DNA of 63,704 nucleotides, counting the filler, from a bacterium (GTDB lineage Bacteria; JALSQH01), in assembly GCA_026985515.1 (NCBI GenBank). It is 13 parts of 13 records of this genome, joined end to end, with 100 filler letters (N's around TTAATTAATTAA, not from the genome) between each part and the next. Parts side by side here need not be neighbours in the genome. Positions count along the whole stretch, not along the records: positions 29,963 to 33,110 come from JALSQH010000159.1; positions 33,211 to 40,393 come from JALSQH010000160.1; positions 40,494 to 43,019 come from JALSQH010000161.1; 10 more parts are not named here. One strand, 5' to 3'. Of the stretch, positions 31,146 to 41,030 are shown piece after piece; position 1 is the first letter of the stretch, and each line of letters opens with the position of its first letter. The notes under the pieces were generated by a model. The model was given only the letters and a program-made list of their open reading frames with translations, did no database searches and was not told the DNA's origin. The translations under genes and the position numbers were made by a program.

Positions 31146-32681
31146 TTGAGCAGGATTTTGATGAAGGGAGATTTTAAGCATGTCTCCCCCCTTGACCTTT
31201 TTCTTAAAATAAGCGAAGGGAAATTAACCGGGGCACTGAAAATCCAGAGAGATAATGTTAAGAAAGTTGTTTATTTTATTGAAGGTAAACCGGTATCTGT
31301 TCTGTCAAATCTCAAGAAGGAAACGCTTGGTCAGATACTCCTCAAACTTGGCAGAATTTCTCAGCAAGAACTTGATGAAGCATTAAAAGAACACGGAAAG
31401 AAAAACAGAAAACTTGGCTCGATTTTTGTTGAAAAAGGAATTATCTCAGCCTCTGATCTGAGAACGATTCTGAAGAAACAGAATACAATGAAATTGAGGG
31501 AAATATGTCAGTGGGATAGAGGAAAATTCATTTTTCAGGAGCTTCCACAGGATGAAATAAGAAAGCAGGTTACAGTTGTTCCCATCAGTTTATCTCAGGC
31601 TATTATCGCCTCACTTGTAAAAAATTCCTCATCTCAGACGGCAGAAGATCTTTTGCAGAAATTGAAAGATGGCTCACTGAAAATAAAAGGGGACGCCATC
31701 GACGTACTTGAACAGAAGGGAATTGCCACAGAAAGTGTAAAAAAAATAATTATGGAGATAACAGAATCACCTGAGAAAATAAGAAAGCTTTTTGATGAAT
31801 TTGATGAAAAGGTCATACTTGGCTGGATTCTCCTTCTTCAGAAACTTGATCTTCTCGAAGAAATTGAAAAAGCTTCAACTCCACAAACAGAAGAAACGGT
31901 TGATGAAAAGTATGAAAAATTTGGAGAAGAAATTATTGATGACCCGGAATTATACGAAAAGTATCAGGAATTGAAAAAGAAAAATTATTACGAAATTCTC
32001 GGAATTTCGCAGGATGCGTCAAAGGCCGAAATCAAAAGAGCCTACTTTAAACTTGCAAGAGAGATGCATCCAGATAGATTCTTTGATCCCGTAAAAAAAA
32101 GGCCCAAAAGGGAAGCTGAACTTATCTTTGCCCTGATAAATGAGGCTTTTCAAACTCTTTACGATGAAGAAAAAAGAAAAGAGTACGATGAATTTCTGCG
32201 AACAGGAAAGACTCAGGAAGACAGAATTAGAGAAGCAGAAAATGCCATAAAGGCAGAAACAGAATTTGAAAAAGGAAAAATTCTCCTAAGAAACAGAAAT
32301 ATTCAGGGTGCACTGGAGTGCTTCAAAACTGCTTACGAGCTGGTGAAGGACCCGGAATTTGAAGCCTACTACGGCTGGACTCTTTTCCTCGACCGATACA
32401 GAAAGAAAAGCGAAGAATGGAAGGAAGGAGAAAAATTGCTGAGGGACTCAGTGAAAGCAAAACCTGATCTACCCGTTTCTCATCTATTTCTCGCCAAAAT
32501 TCTCAATGCAACAGGAAGAATGAGAGAAGCTTTTGAAGAGTTTAACAGAGTTCTCCAGCTTGATCCAGAAAATATTGAGGCAAAAAGAGAATTGAGTATA
32601 CTCAAAAAGAAAGTGGAAAAGGAAGGTAAGTCCGGAAAAGATAAGGGAGGGATATTTGGAAAACTGTTCAAAAAGGAGTGA
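31146..32681 (+). CDS. DUF4388 (PatA-N-like) / DnaJ / TPR protein
   Basis: KLTGALKI..VYFIEG, LGQILL..GRI; J domain NYYEILGI...HPDRF; C-terminal TPRs. Confidence 0.8.
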   Translation: MSRILMKGDFKHVSPLDLFLKISEGKLTGALKIQRDNVKKVVYFIEGKPVSVLSNLKKETLGQILLKLGRISQQELDEALKEHGKKNRKLGSIFVEKGIISASDLRTILKKQNTMKLREICQWDRGKFIFQELPQDEIRKQVTVVPISLSQAIIASLVKNSSSQTAEDLLQKLKDGSLKIKGDAIDVLEQKGIATESVKKIIMEITESPEKIRKLFDEFDEKVILGWILLLQKLDLLEEIEKASTPQTEETVDEKYEKFGEEIIDDPELYEKYQELKKKNYYEILGISQDASKAEIKRAYFKLAREMHPDRFFDPVKKRPKREAELIFALINEAFQTLYDEEKRKEYDEFLRTGKTQEDRIREAENAIKAETEFEKGKILLRNRNIQGALECFKTAYELVKDPEFEAYYGWTLFLDRYRKKSEEWKEGEKLLRDSVKAKPDLPVSHLFLAKILNATGRMREAFEEFNRVLQLDPENIEAKRELSILKKKVEKEGKSGKDKGGIFGKLFKKE

Positions 32682-32684
32682 AAA

Positions 32685-33702
32685 ATGGCCCAGATCAAAG
32701 GAGAGAAAATCTGGATGGATGGAAAATTAGTGGACTGGGATAAAGCCAATGTTCATATTCTGACCCACACTCTCCATTACGGCCTCGGCGTTTTTGAAGG
32801 TATAAGGCTCTACAAAACAAATTCTGGAAAGCCTGCCATATTCAGAAACTATGATCACATGAAGCGTCTTCTCAATTCAGCCAAGATAATGCAGTTAGAT
32901 GTAAAATACTCCCTCGAAGAACTGATGGAAGCAAACAAAGAAGTGGTAAAAGCAAATCACCTTGAAGAGGGATACATCAGGCCAATCATATTCCTTGGAG
33001 CAGGAAGCATGGGTTTATATCCTGCAGATAACCCCGTCATTACAGCAATAGCAGCATGGGAATGGGGTGCTTACCTTGGAGAGGAGGGGATGAAGAAGGG
33101 AATAAGAGTANNNNNNNNNNNNNNNNNNNNNNNNNNNNNNNNNNNNNNNNNNNNTTAATTAATTAANNNNNNNNNNNNNNNNNNNNNNNNNNNNNNNNNN
33201 NNNNNNNNNNTCATCCTTTACCAGATATCCAGTAAATGTATTCATGACAAAATCCAAGACAAACGGTGCATATGTAAATTCAATACTTGCAAAAAGAGAG
33301 GCTGTGTCTCTCGGGTATGATGAAGCTTTGATGCTTGATCCCGATGGATTTGTAGCTGAGGCATCTGGTGAAAACATCTTTATCGTCAAAGATAATAAGC
33401 TTATTACAACCCCTCCAACTTCCATTCTCCCGGGGATAACAAGGGATACAGTAATAAAAATTGCCAGAGACCTGGGAATCGACGTCAAAGAAGAGAGATT
33501 TACAAGAGATGAACTTTACATTGCAGATGAGGCTTTTTTTACAGGAACAGCTGCAGAAATTACCCCCATCAGAGAGGTGGATGACAGAACAATTGGTGAG
33601 GGAAAACCCGGCCCCATCACCAGACAGCTCCAGCAGATTTTCTTTGACATAGTAAGAGGAAACAACAAAAAGTATATCCACTGGCTTGACTTCGTTGAGT
33701 AG
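32685..33702 (+). CDS. ilvE: Branched-chain amino acid aminotransferase, split by spacer 33111-33210
   Basis: [16 protein letters not shown]; after the gap [35 protein letters not shown]. Confidence 0.95.
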
Positions 33703-33760
33703 CCAGCTTGATAATTTCTGAAGAATCGTTATACTACCATTCTCAAACAAGGAGAATTTT

Positions 33761-34552
33761 ATGGGACTTGATGAAAGGGTTATAACAAGGGCAATTATTG
33801 AAAGGTACCTGAAAAAACTTCTCGAAAATGTTGAAACAGAGGTGGCTCTTGTGGGAGCGGGTCCATCTTCTCTCGTTGCTGCCTATTATCTTGCAAAGGC
33901 AGGGGTAAAAACCACTGTTTTTGAAAAAAAACTCAGCATTGGTGGTGGAATCTGGGGAGGAGGAATGCTTTTCAATGAAATAGTTGTTCAGGAAGCAGGT
34001 AAAAGTATTATAGACGAACTGGGAATAAGAAGTGAAAAATTCATGGAAAACTACTATACAGTGGATGCTATTGAGCTGGCAACAACTCTGGCATCGAAAG
34101 CAATGCAGGCAGGGGCAAAAATTTTCAACGCCATTATGGTGGAAGATGTTCAGGTGAGGAAGATAAATGGTCAATACAGGGTGACAGGACTGGTGATAAA
34201 CTGGACTCCTGTGGAAATTAGCGGTCTCCATGTGGATCCTCTTGTCATAACAAGTAAATTTGTCGTTGATGGTACGGGACATGATGCTGAAGTGGCGAGG
34301 ATTCTTCAGGATAAGATGGGATTTAAATTAAACACTCCCACAGGCAAAATTATGGGAGAAAAATCTATGTGGGCAGAGCCAGCAGAGGAGTCAGTTCCTG
34401 AAAACACAAAGGAAATCTTTCCCGGAGTCTATGCCATAGGAATGGCTGCCAATGCCGTCTTCGGCTCCCATAGAATGGGACCGGTATTTGGAGGCATGCT
34501 CCTCTCAGGTAAAAAAGTGGCAGAGCTGATTTTAAAAGAGCTGGGGAAATAA
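33761..34552 (+). CDS. thi4: Sulfide-dependent thiazole synthase (His-type Thi4)
   Basis: [41 protein letters not shown]. Confidence 0.93.
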   Translation: MGLDERVITRAIIERYLKKLLENVETEVALVGAGPSSLVAAYYLAKAGVKTTVFEKKLSIGGGIWGGGMLFNEIVVQEAGKSIIDELGIRSEKFMENYYTVDAIELATTLASKAMQAGAKIFNAIMVEDVQVRKINGQYRVTGLVINWTPVEISGLHVDPLVITSKFVVDGTGHDAEVARILQDKMGFKLNTPTGKIMGEKSMWAEPAEESVPENTKEIFPGVYAIGMAANAVFGSHRMGPVFGGMLLSGKKVAELILKELGK

Positions 34553-34554
34553 AC

Positions 34555-35714
34555 TCAATTAAGCCTCTCAATAATAGTCGTGACTCCCTGGCCACCTCCA
34601 CAGCACATGGTGGCAAGTCCAAGGGTTAGATCCTTATCTTCCATTATATGCAGAAGAGTGGTGATGATCCTCGTTCCACTCTCACCAAGAGGATGACCCA
34701 GAGCTATCGCTCCGCCCCGCATATTCACCTTTTCCATATCCATTCCAAGCTCCCTGATAACTGCCAGTGACTGAGAAGCAAAAGCCTCATTCAGTTCTAT
34801 TGCATCAATATCATCAAGGGTCATTCCAGCTCTCTTCAGAGCCTTTCTGGTGGCAGGGATTGGTCCTATACCCATTATCTCAGGTGGCACACCGGCAGCC
34901 GCAATTGAAACAATTCTTGCTCTTGGTTTCAACCCAAGTGAAATTGCCTTTTCCTTCTCCATCAGGAGAATAACTGAAGCTCCATCATTGAGAGGGGAAG
35001 AATTTCCCGCAGTAACAGTACCGTTGGGGTCAAATACAGGTGGAAGAGATGCAAGTTTCTCAAGGGATGTATCGGGACGTGGCCCATCATCCTTTTCGGC
35101 TATTCTGTGAAAATTCCCTTCAGCATCAATAACTTCAATGGGAACAACTTCCCTTTTGAACTCACCATTGTCCCATGCTCTGACCGCCTTTCTGTGACTT
35201 TCCAGAGCAAATTTATCCTGATCTTCACGGCTTATGTTGTACATCTTTGCCACATTTATGGCTGTTTCAATCATAGTGACAAATGCCTGGGGATATTCAC
35301 TCCAGAACCTTGTATTTGGCCGCGGAGACAATCCACCCATTGGAATAAATGTCATACTTTCAACACCACCTACAATGTACGCATCCCCATTCCATTCCAT
35401 ATGGCAAGAGTGGCAAAATGAAGAGCAGTCATGGCTGAGCCACAGAATCTGTTAACCGTTACTCCTCCAACCTCAATGGGTAATCCAGCCATAAAAACAA
35501 GCATCCTTGCAATATTCATTCCCTGCTCCCCTTCGGGAAAGGCAGTTCCCCAGTACAGATCTTCAATCTCATTCCACGGGAACCCATCATATCTCTGCAT
35601 CATCTTTTTGATTAATTGAGCGGAAAGATCATCAGGTCTGATTTCCTTCAGACCACCCTTTCGGGCTTTTCCTATAGGAGTTCTCAAAGCCTCAACGATA
35701 ACTGCTTCTCTCAT
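34555..35714 (-). pseudogene. Acetyl-CoA C-acyltransferase (thiolase) with one frameshift near 35385-35388, probably a sequencing error
   Basis: NRFCGS, GGVESM, NEAFA, GHPLG, MCCGGGQG. Adding one G to a G4 run gives IWNGMGDAYIVGGVESM. Confidence 0.88.
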
Positions 35715-35755
35715 CTTACCCTCCCTGGTTAAGGTTTTATAGAGAAACTAAAATA

Positions 35756-37429
35756 TCACAGATCATCAAAATCCAGTTCATCAAGAAGCTTTTTCAACTC
35801 TTCATCTTCAAGTTCCTCATCGCCTTTTTTCTTTTTTCCCTTTTTCTCCTTCTTCTCCTCTTTTTCCTCTACCTTCTCCTCTCCCTCCTCAACAGTGATT
35901 TCTTTAAATAAAGCATCAACCTCTTCATCCTCATATTCTTTCAACCTATCCTCTCCTCCAGCTCCACTCTCCTCTTCAAACTCGCTGAGTATTGCATCAA
36001 GGTCCTCCTCACCCCCAGATTCCTCTGCTTCTACCTCAAGCTCAGCTTCTCCACCCTCTTCTTCACTCTCAACTTCTATTGCCTCTTCGATTTTCTCCCC
36101 CTCTTCAACACCTAACTCCTCAAGCAACGAATCCACATCCACTTCACCCTCCTCTCCACCCTTTTCTTCTTTTTGCTCACTCATTTCTTCCTCTACCGAT
36201 TCAACTTCAATTTCTCCCGATTCAGTTTCAGTCACTTCAATTTCTTCATCCTCCACCCTCAGCTGATCAAGGAGCTCCTCAATCTCTTCTTCCTCACCAC
36301 CTTCTTCCACTTCAACCTCCTCACCTTTACCTTCATCCTCAGTTGAAACCTCTATTTCCTCCCCTCCCTCTATTTCACCAAATTCTTCAAATGAAACTTC
36401 AGTTTCAATTTCCTCGCCAGTATCTCCGGAGGGGGTCTCTTCCTCTGACTCCTCTTCCACTATTTCCTCAGTAACTTCACCTACTTCCACATTTTCCGAT
36501 TCCTCCATAACCCCTTCCTCCCCTTCAAGTTCTTTCAAAAGTGTTTCAAGCTCCGCACTTGTACCTTCTGCTTCCTCCATTTCCTCCGAAACAGCTTCCA
36601 CTGAGATACCCTCTTCCTGGATCCCCTGTTCTGTAATTTCACTCGCTTCCCCACCTGATGTTGTCTCTTCAATCAGTTCTTCTGAGGATAATCCAGCGGC
36701 TTCTTCCTCCTTTACCTTTTCAGCAACACCGGAAAACTCCATATATGCTATCTCCACTTCTTTCTCTGTGACCTTCCTTAAAGAGGAAAGGTAAGCCTGG
36801 TAGAGTGAGGACCATGCGAGTCTATTAAGGAGATCTATGTCACCATTTGAAAATTCCACTATGGAATCGATGGCTTCTCCAGTAAATATTTCACTGCTCC
36901 CACCAGCGTAATTCAAATAACCCTGAATATACTTTTTCAATTCAGATGCAGGGGGTGGTTCAAGTTCCACCCCATTCTTTCCCTTTACTCTCTCCCTTGT
37001 AATAAGGAGTACAGAAGCTGAAGAAGCGGAAAGCTCTTGCTCAATGTCCCCTTTTTCACTGGCACCTTCAAATCCATCAATGATTACAATGTCAAAAAGA
37101 GAAGCAAGATTGGCCAGTGAACCTTCTGCACCTGCCACCTTATTCAGTCTCCTTACAATCCATTCAACTCCGGCATTGGTCGGGATAGTGATGTAAACAA
37201 CTTTCCTGGAATCAATTGGAATATATTCTATTGCTCTTTTTACCACACTTGTCTTTCCAGTTCCTTTTTTGCCAACCAGAAAAAGCAAACCTTTTTCACC
37301 GTTCAGAAATGAGAGAATTCTTGCCATTACCCTGCTTTGAGTAGAAAAAACATAGAAAAATCCCCCTGCCTCAACAGGAACAAACGGAGCAGTTTTAAAT
37401 CCAAAGAAATTGAGTATATTCATTTTCAA
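35756..37429 (-). CDS. ExeA/GspA-like AAA ATPase with long acidic C-terminal tail
   Basis: FFGFKTAPF, Walker A GKKGTGKT, IVIID; ~320-aa E-rich tail with DxLLxEL-type repeats. Confidence 0.7.
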   Translation of the reverse strand: MKMNILNFFGFKTAPFVPVEAGGFFYVFSTQSRVMARILSFLNGEKGLLFLVGKKGTGKTSVVKRAIEYIPIDSRKVVYITIPTNAGVEWIVRRLNKVAGAEGSLANLASLFDIVIIDGFEGASEKGDIEQELSASSASVLLITRERVKGKNGVELEPPPASELKKYIQGYLNYAGGSSEIFTGEAIDSIVEFSNGDIDLLNRLAWSSLYQAYLSSLRKVTEKEVEIAYMEFSGVAEKVKEEEAAGLSSEELIEETTSGGEASEITEQGIQEEGISVEAVSEEMEEAEGTSAELETLLKELEGEEGVMEESENVEVGEVTEEIVEEESEEETPSGDTGEEIETEVSFEEFGEIEGGEEIEVSTEDEGKGEEVEVEEGGEEEEIEELLDQLRVEDEEIEVTETESGEIEVESVEEEMSEQKEEKGGEEGEVDVDSLLEELGVEEGEKIEEAIEVESEEEGGEAELEVEAEESGGEEDLDAILSEFEEESGAGGEDRLKEYEDEEVDALFKEITVEEGEEKVEEKEEKKEKKGKKKKGDEELEDEELKKLLDELDFDDL

Positions 37430-37436
37430 GCCCCCT

Positions 37437-39719
37437 TTAAGATCTTGATTTTAAGATCTTTTCTTTAATTGCCTTGATCCTTTCTATGATGTCCCTGTAC
37501 TTCTTGTTTTTCTCAAGGACATTCTTGTAAAAGTAAACCGCCCTTTTCAGATCTCCCTTTGCTTCAAAAATTTTCCCGAGTTCATAGTTGAGTTCAAGAT
37601 AAGCTTCCTCACTCAGGTCGGGAGATTTAAGAGCTTTTAAAAACCACTTCATCGCCTCATCAAGATCTCCTTTGTCTCTGTAACAGAGTCCTATCATGGT
37701 TGCTGCCTCAACAAATCTCTCGGGATCCTTCGCAGCAATCCTGAATTCCTCAATGGCATCATCATACAACCCCATTTCTTTGTATGCTATGCCAAGATCA
37801 TAATGGGCAGAACTATCAGCATCCCCAAGTTCTTTCTTTACGCCCTCTTTGAAAGCCTTTATAGTATCTTCCAGGGAGGGAACATCAAAACCTGCACCAC
37901 CCTTCTCCTCCGGCAATTTCTCACCTATCAGCTCCCGAAGATCAATTTTTTCTTCTTCCCCTATTTCCCCGACTTCCTCCACATCTTCAATCACCTCCGC
38001 ATCTTCAATGACTTCTTCAGACGCAGTTGTACCAGGATTACCGGTACCGGTTACAACACTCGACTCAGACTGTGTAACAGTTTCCGCTTTATCAGTAACT
38101 GCCTTTTCTTCCATGTTTTTTTTCAACTTCTCATATTTTTCCCTTACCTCCTCAAGTTCGGGATGTTCTTTCAGGACCTTTTCATAGATATTTATTGCCT
38201 CTTCAAGAAGGCCCTGATCAGCAAAAAATTCCGCATCTGAAAGATCTTCGAGAACAGAAGAAGGAATTTTTTCTTCTCCAGCGGGACCACTTTTTACAAC
38301 CTCTTCATCAAGTCCAATCTCCGTTTCTCCAAGAATCTCTGAATCATCAGCAGGGATAACCATATCGAGAGACTCTTCTTCTTCTCCACCCCAGCTGTAC
38401 TGCTCCACTTTTTCCTGAGCAAGTTTATTTGATGGGTCAATCCGGAGTGCCTCCTCAGCATATTCTCTGGCACTTATCACATCTCCCAGACTATCAGATA
38501 TCTCTGCCAGGGCAATCAAATGTGGAACTGCTCCCTTTGGATTAACACGTTTATAAATTTCTATTAATTTTGCTCTGGCATCTATGTTATGAGGATCCAT
38601 CTTAATGGCTTCTTCAAGAGATTCAATTGCCTTATCAGCAAGTCCATTCTGAAGAAAAACATCAGCTCTCCTCATTAACCCTGATACCTGAGGCTGTGTC
38701 TGATCAAAATTCGTGGTGAAGAAGTGCTCGTTGCCTGAAGTTTCAACTTCGGCAACTATTGCCTCTTCCTCTTCTTCCTCACCAAGCATCTCTTCTTCAC
38801 CAACCAGAACTTCAAGCTCTTCCGCCTTCTCTTCTTTTATACCGAGAAAACTTTTTGCATCTTCATCATCGGGATTTAACTCGAGAATCCTTTCTGCTAT
38901 TACCCTTCCCTTTTCTCTGTCTTTTCTGAATTCGTTAAGAGCCTCTTTGAGAATATGAAGAGCCTTTTCTTTCTTACCAAGCATTTCATATGCTCTGGCG
39001 AGAAGGAGAAAGTGTTTATCTGTGAATTTACCTGCTTCATATATCTGCTTCAATTTGTTTATTGCTTTCCTGGGGTTACCAATCTGAATATAGATATCTG
39101 CCAGATCAGTTAAAATCTCCACATCTCCCGGTTTGTAATTCAGAAGCTTCTCATAGAAAGCAGCGAGATCCACAAGTTTGTGATGCAGCTTGAAGCCCTC
39201 AATCACGGAGGGGATCCTCACCTCAGCCTGATTAGTTTTTCCCGCAGCGAGGAGAGCCTCAACATACTTCGCCTTGATCGTGTAATCCTCGGGATCGAGT
39301 TTTACCATCTTTTCAAGAATGTCCACAGCTTTATCTAACCTTCCCTCAAGCTCATAGAGTTTCACCACATTTTTATAGTGCCTCAGAGCATCCTTAATGA
39401 GACCAGTATTGGCATAAAACTCGGCAAGCTTGTAGTGAAGATCTATCCTTTTGGGATCAAGTTCAAGTGCCTGTTTGTAGGCTGCAGCTGCTTTTGTCTC
39501 AAAACCTTTTTTTCTGTACTCATCTGCAGCTTTGATGTAGTATTTTATGGCCTCATCCTTTTTCCCGCTTTTCTGGTAGAGGTCACCAATTTTTGTGAGT
39601 ATTCGGACATCATTGGGATCGTCCTTTAAAATACCAAGATATTCCTGTATGGCTTTATCATACTGACCCTTTTGAATAAACTTCAGTGCCTTCTCAATGG
39701 CCTTAGCCTTATTCGCCAC
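37437..39719 (-). CDS. Large TPR protein, SgmX-like
   Basis: N-terminal TPR array, acidic linkers, C-terminal FKEGV...HYDLGIAYKEMGL.DAIEEF TPR block. Confidence 0.7.
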   Translation of the reverse strand: MANKAKAIEKALKFIQKGQYDKAIQEYLGILKDDPNDVRILTKIGDLYQKSGKKDEAIKYYIKAADEYRKKGFETKAAAAYKQALELDPKRIDLHYKLAEFYANTGLIKDALRHYKNVVKLYELEGRLDKAVDILEKMVKLDPEDYTIKAKYVEALLAAGKTNQAEVRIPSVIEGFKLHHKLVDLAAFYEKLLNYKPGDVEILTDLADIYIQIGNPRKAINKLKQIYEAGKFTDKHFLLLARAYEMLGKKEKALHILKEALNEFRKDREKGRVIAERILELNPDDEDAKSFLGIKEEKAEELEVLVGEEEMLGEEEEEEAIVAEVETSGNEHFFTTNFDQTQPQVSGLMRRADVFLQNGLADKAIESLEEAIKMDPHNIDARAKLIEIYKRVNPKGAVPHLIALAEISDSLGDVISAREYAEEALRIDPSNKLAQEKVEQYSWGGEEEESLDMVIPADDSEILGETEIGLDEEVVKSGPAGEEKIPSSVLEDLSDAEFFADQGLLEEAINIYEKVLKEHPELEEVREKYEKLKKNMEEKAVTDKAETVTQSESSVVTGTGNPGTTASEEVIEDAEVIEDVEEVGEIGEEEKIDLRELIGEKLPEEKGGAGFDVPSLEDTIKAFKEGVKKELGDADSSAHYDLGIAYKEMGLYDDAIEEFRIAAKDPERFVEAATMIGLCYRDKGDLDEAMKWFLKALKSPDLSEEAYLELNYELGKIFEAKGDLKRAVYFYKNVLEKNKKYRDIIERIKAIKEKILKSRS

Positions 39720-39733
39720 ACTATCCTCTCAAA

Positions 39734-40294
39734 TTAACCTATCCTCTCCACATATTCTCCTGTTCTTGTATCAATTTTAATAATGTCACCCTCATTGATA
39801 AAAAGTGGAACATTAACCACCAGCCCTGTCTCAAGTTTCGCTGGCTTGGAACCTCCAGATACAGTGTCACCCCTTACCCCAGGTTCAGTTTCAACAACTT
39901 TGAGTTCAACAAAATTGGGCAGTTCTATATCAATGGCATTTCCCCTGTAAAATAAGATTTTCACCTGTATGCCCTCCTGGAGATATCCAGCCTTTTCCCC
40001 AAGATTTGCAGCTGGAATGGAAAACTGATCGTATGTCTCAACATCCATGAACCAGTAACCTTCTCCATCAGAGTAGAGATACTGGGCCTCTCTCTCTTCA
40101 AGATCAGGTTTTGGAAACTTATCCCCCGATCTGAAGTTGATGTCAAGAACATTTCCGGTCAGAAGATTTTTCATCCGGGTTTTTACAAAGGCGGCACCTT
40201 TACCCGGTTTTACATGCTGAAAATCAATAATCTCGTACGGCTCACCCTTGTACTCAATTTTCAGTCCTCTTCTGAAATCTGTCGTGCTGTACAT
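39734..40294 (-). CDS. efp: Elongation factor P
   Basis: [37 protein letters not shown]. Confidence 0.97.
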   Translation of the reverse strand: MYSTTDFRRGLKIEYKGEPYEIIDFQHVKPGKGAAFVKTRMKNLLTGNVLDINFRSGDKFPKPDLEEREAQYLYSDGEGYWFMDVETYDQFSIPAANLGEKAGYLQEGIQVKILFYRGNAIDIELPNFVELKVVETEPGVRGDTVSGGSKPAKLETGLVVNVPLFINEGDIIKIDTRTGEYVERIG

Positions 40295-40493
40295 TTAGAC
40301 ACCCCACCTCTTTTAGTTTTCAATACCACATTTTAATTTTAGCACAGGCACCTTTATTTATCAATTGTGGTTAATTTTCTGTAACCCGAAGAGNNNNNNN
40401 NNNNNNNNNNNNNNNNNNNNNNNNNNNNNNNNNNNNNTTAATTAATTAANNNNNNNNNNNNNNNNNNNNNNNNNNNNNNNNNNNNNNNNNNNN

Positions 40494-40958
40494 CCCTTCG
40501 TTAAGTGTGACTCCGTGGCAGTGCTTCATTTGAGTAAACCACTTTCACAGCCGACCCGATGGGAGGCTCCGCAAAAAGGATGTCTTCCTCTGCGGGTATT
40601 CCACGATTGCTCCGCCTTTATCCCATCGTGTCTGTCTCCGTCACAAACCACTCCGGGACAGAAGGTCTCCATCCGCCCAGAGGGTGTGTTCACTTTCCCC
40701 CTTTCCGACCTCTGTCCCTTCGTTAAGTGTGACTCCGTGGCAGTGCTTCATTTGAGTAAACCACTTTCACAGCCGACCCGATGGGAGGCTCCGCAAAAAG
40801 GATGTCTTCCTCTGCGGGTATTCCACGATTGCTCTGCCTTTATCCCATCGTGTCTGTCTCCGTCACAAACCACTCCGGGACAGAAGGTCTCCATCCGCCC
40901 AGAGGGTGTGTTCACTTTCCCCCTTTCCAACCTTCTGTCCCTCCGTTAAGTGTGACTC
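40494..40958. repeat. Tandem array of a 222/223-bp GC-rich structured repeat (2 full units plus start of a third; open at the contig start)
   Basis: Unit starts at 40494, 40716 and 40939. Units nearly identical; 122/222 = 55% GC; several internal inverted repeats. Confidence 0.97.
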
Positions 40959-40982
40959 TTGGTGTGGCAAGATGGAAAATAC

Positions 40983-40998
40983 TTGACATCCATGTCAA
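40983..40998 (+). promoter_or_regulatory. Palindromic operator TTGACAT-CC-ATGTCAA over a TTGACA -35 box
   Basis: Same palindrome and flanks (ACTTGACATCnATGTCAATT) as at 202-221. Confidence 0.65.
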
Positions 40999-41030
40999 TT
41001 CTGGTGTATGTTTTAGAAAAAAGGGAGGGT

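Noticed and set aside
40515-40949. 144-aa ORF made of two 74-aa repeats
   Set aside because: By-product of the 222-nt period. No RBS, the next period is 223 nt, and the 24-kb copy has in-frame stops in this frame.
40494-40958. Possible CRISPR array
   Set aside because: Units are near-identical over their whole length, with no unique spacers and no cas genes.
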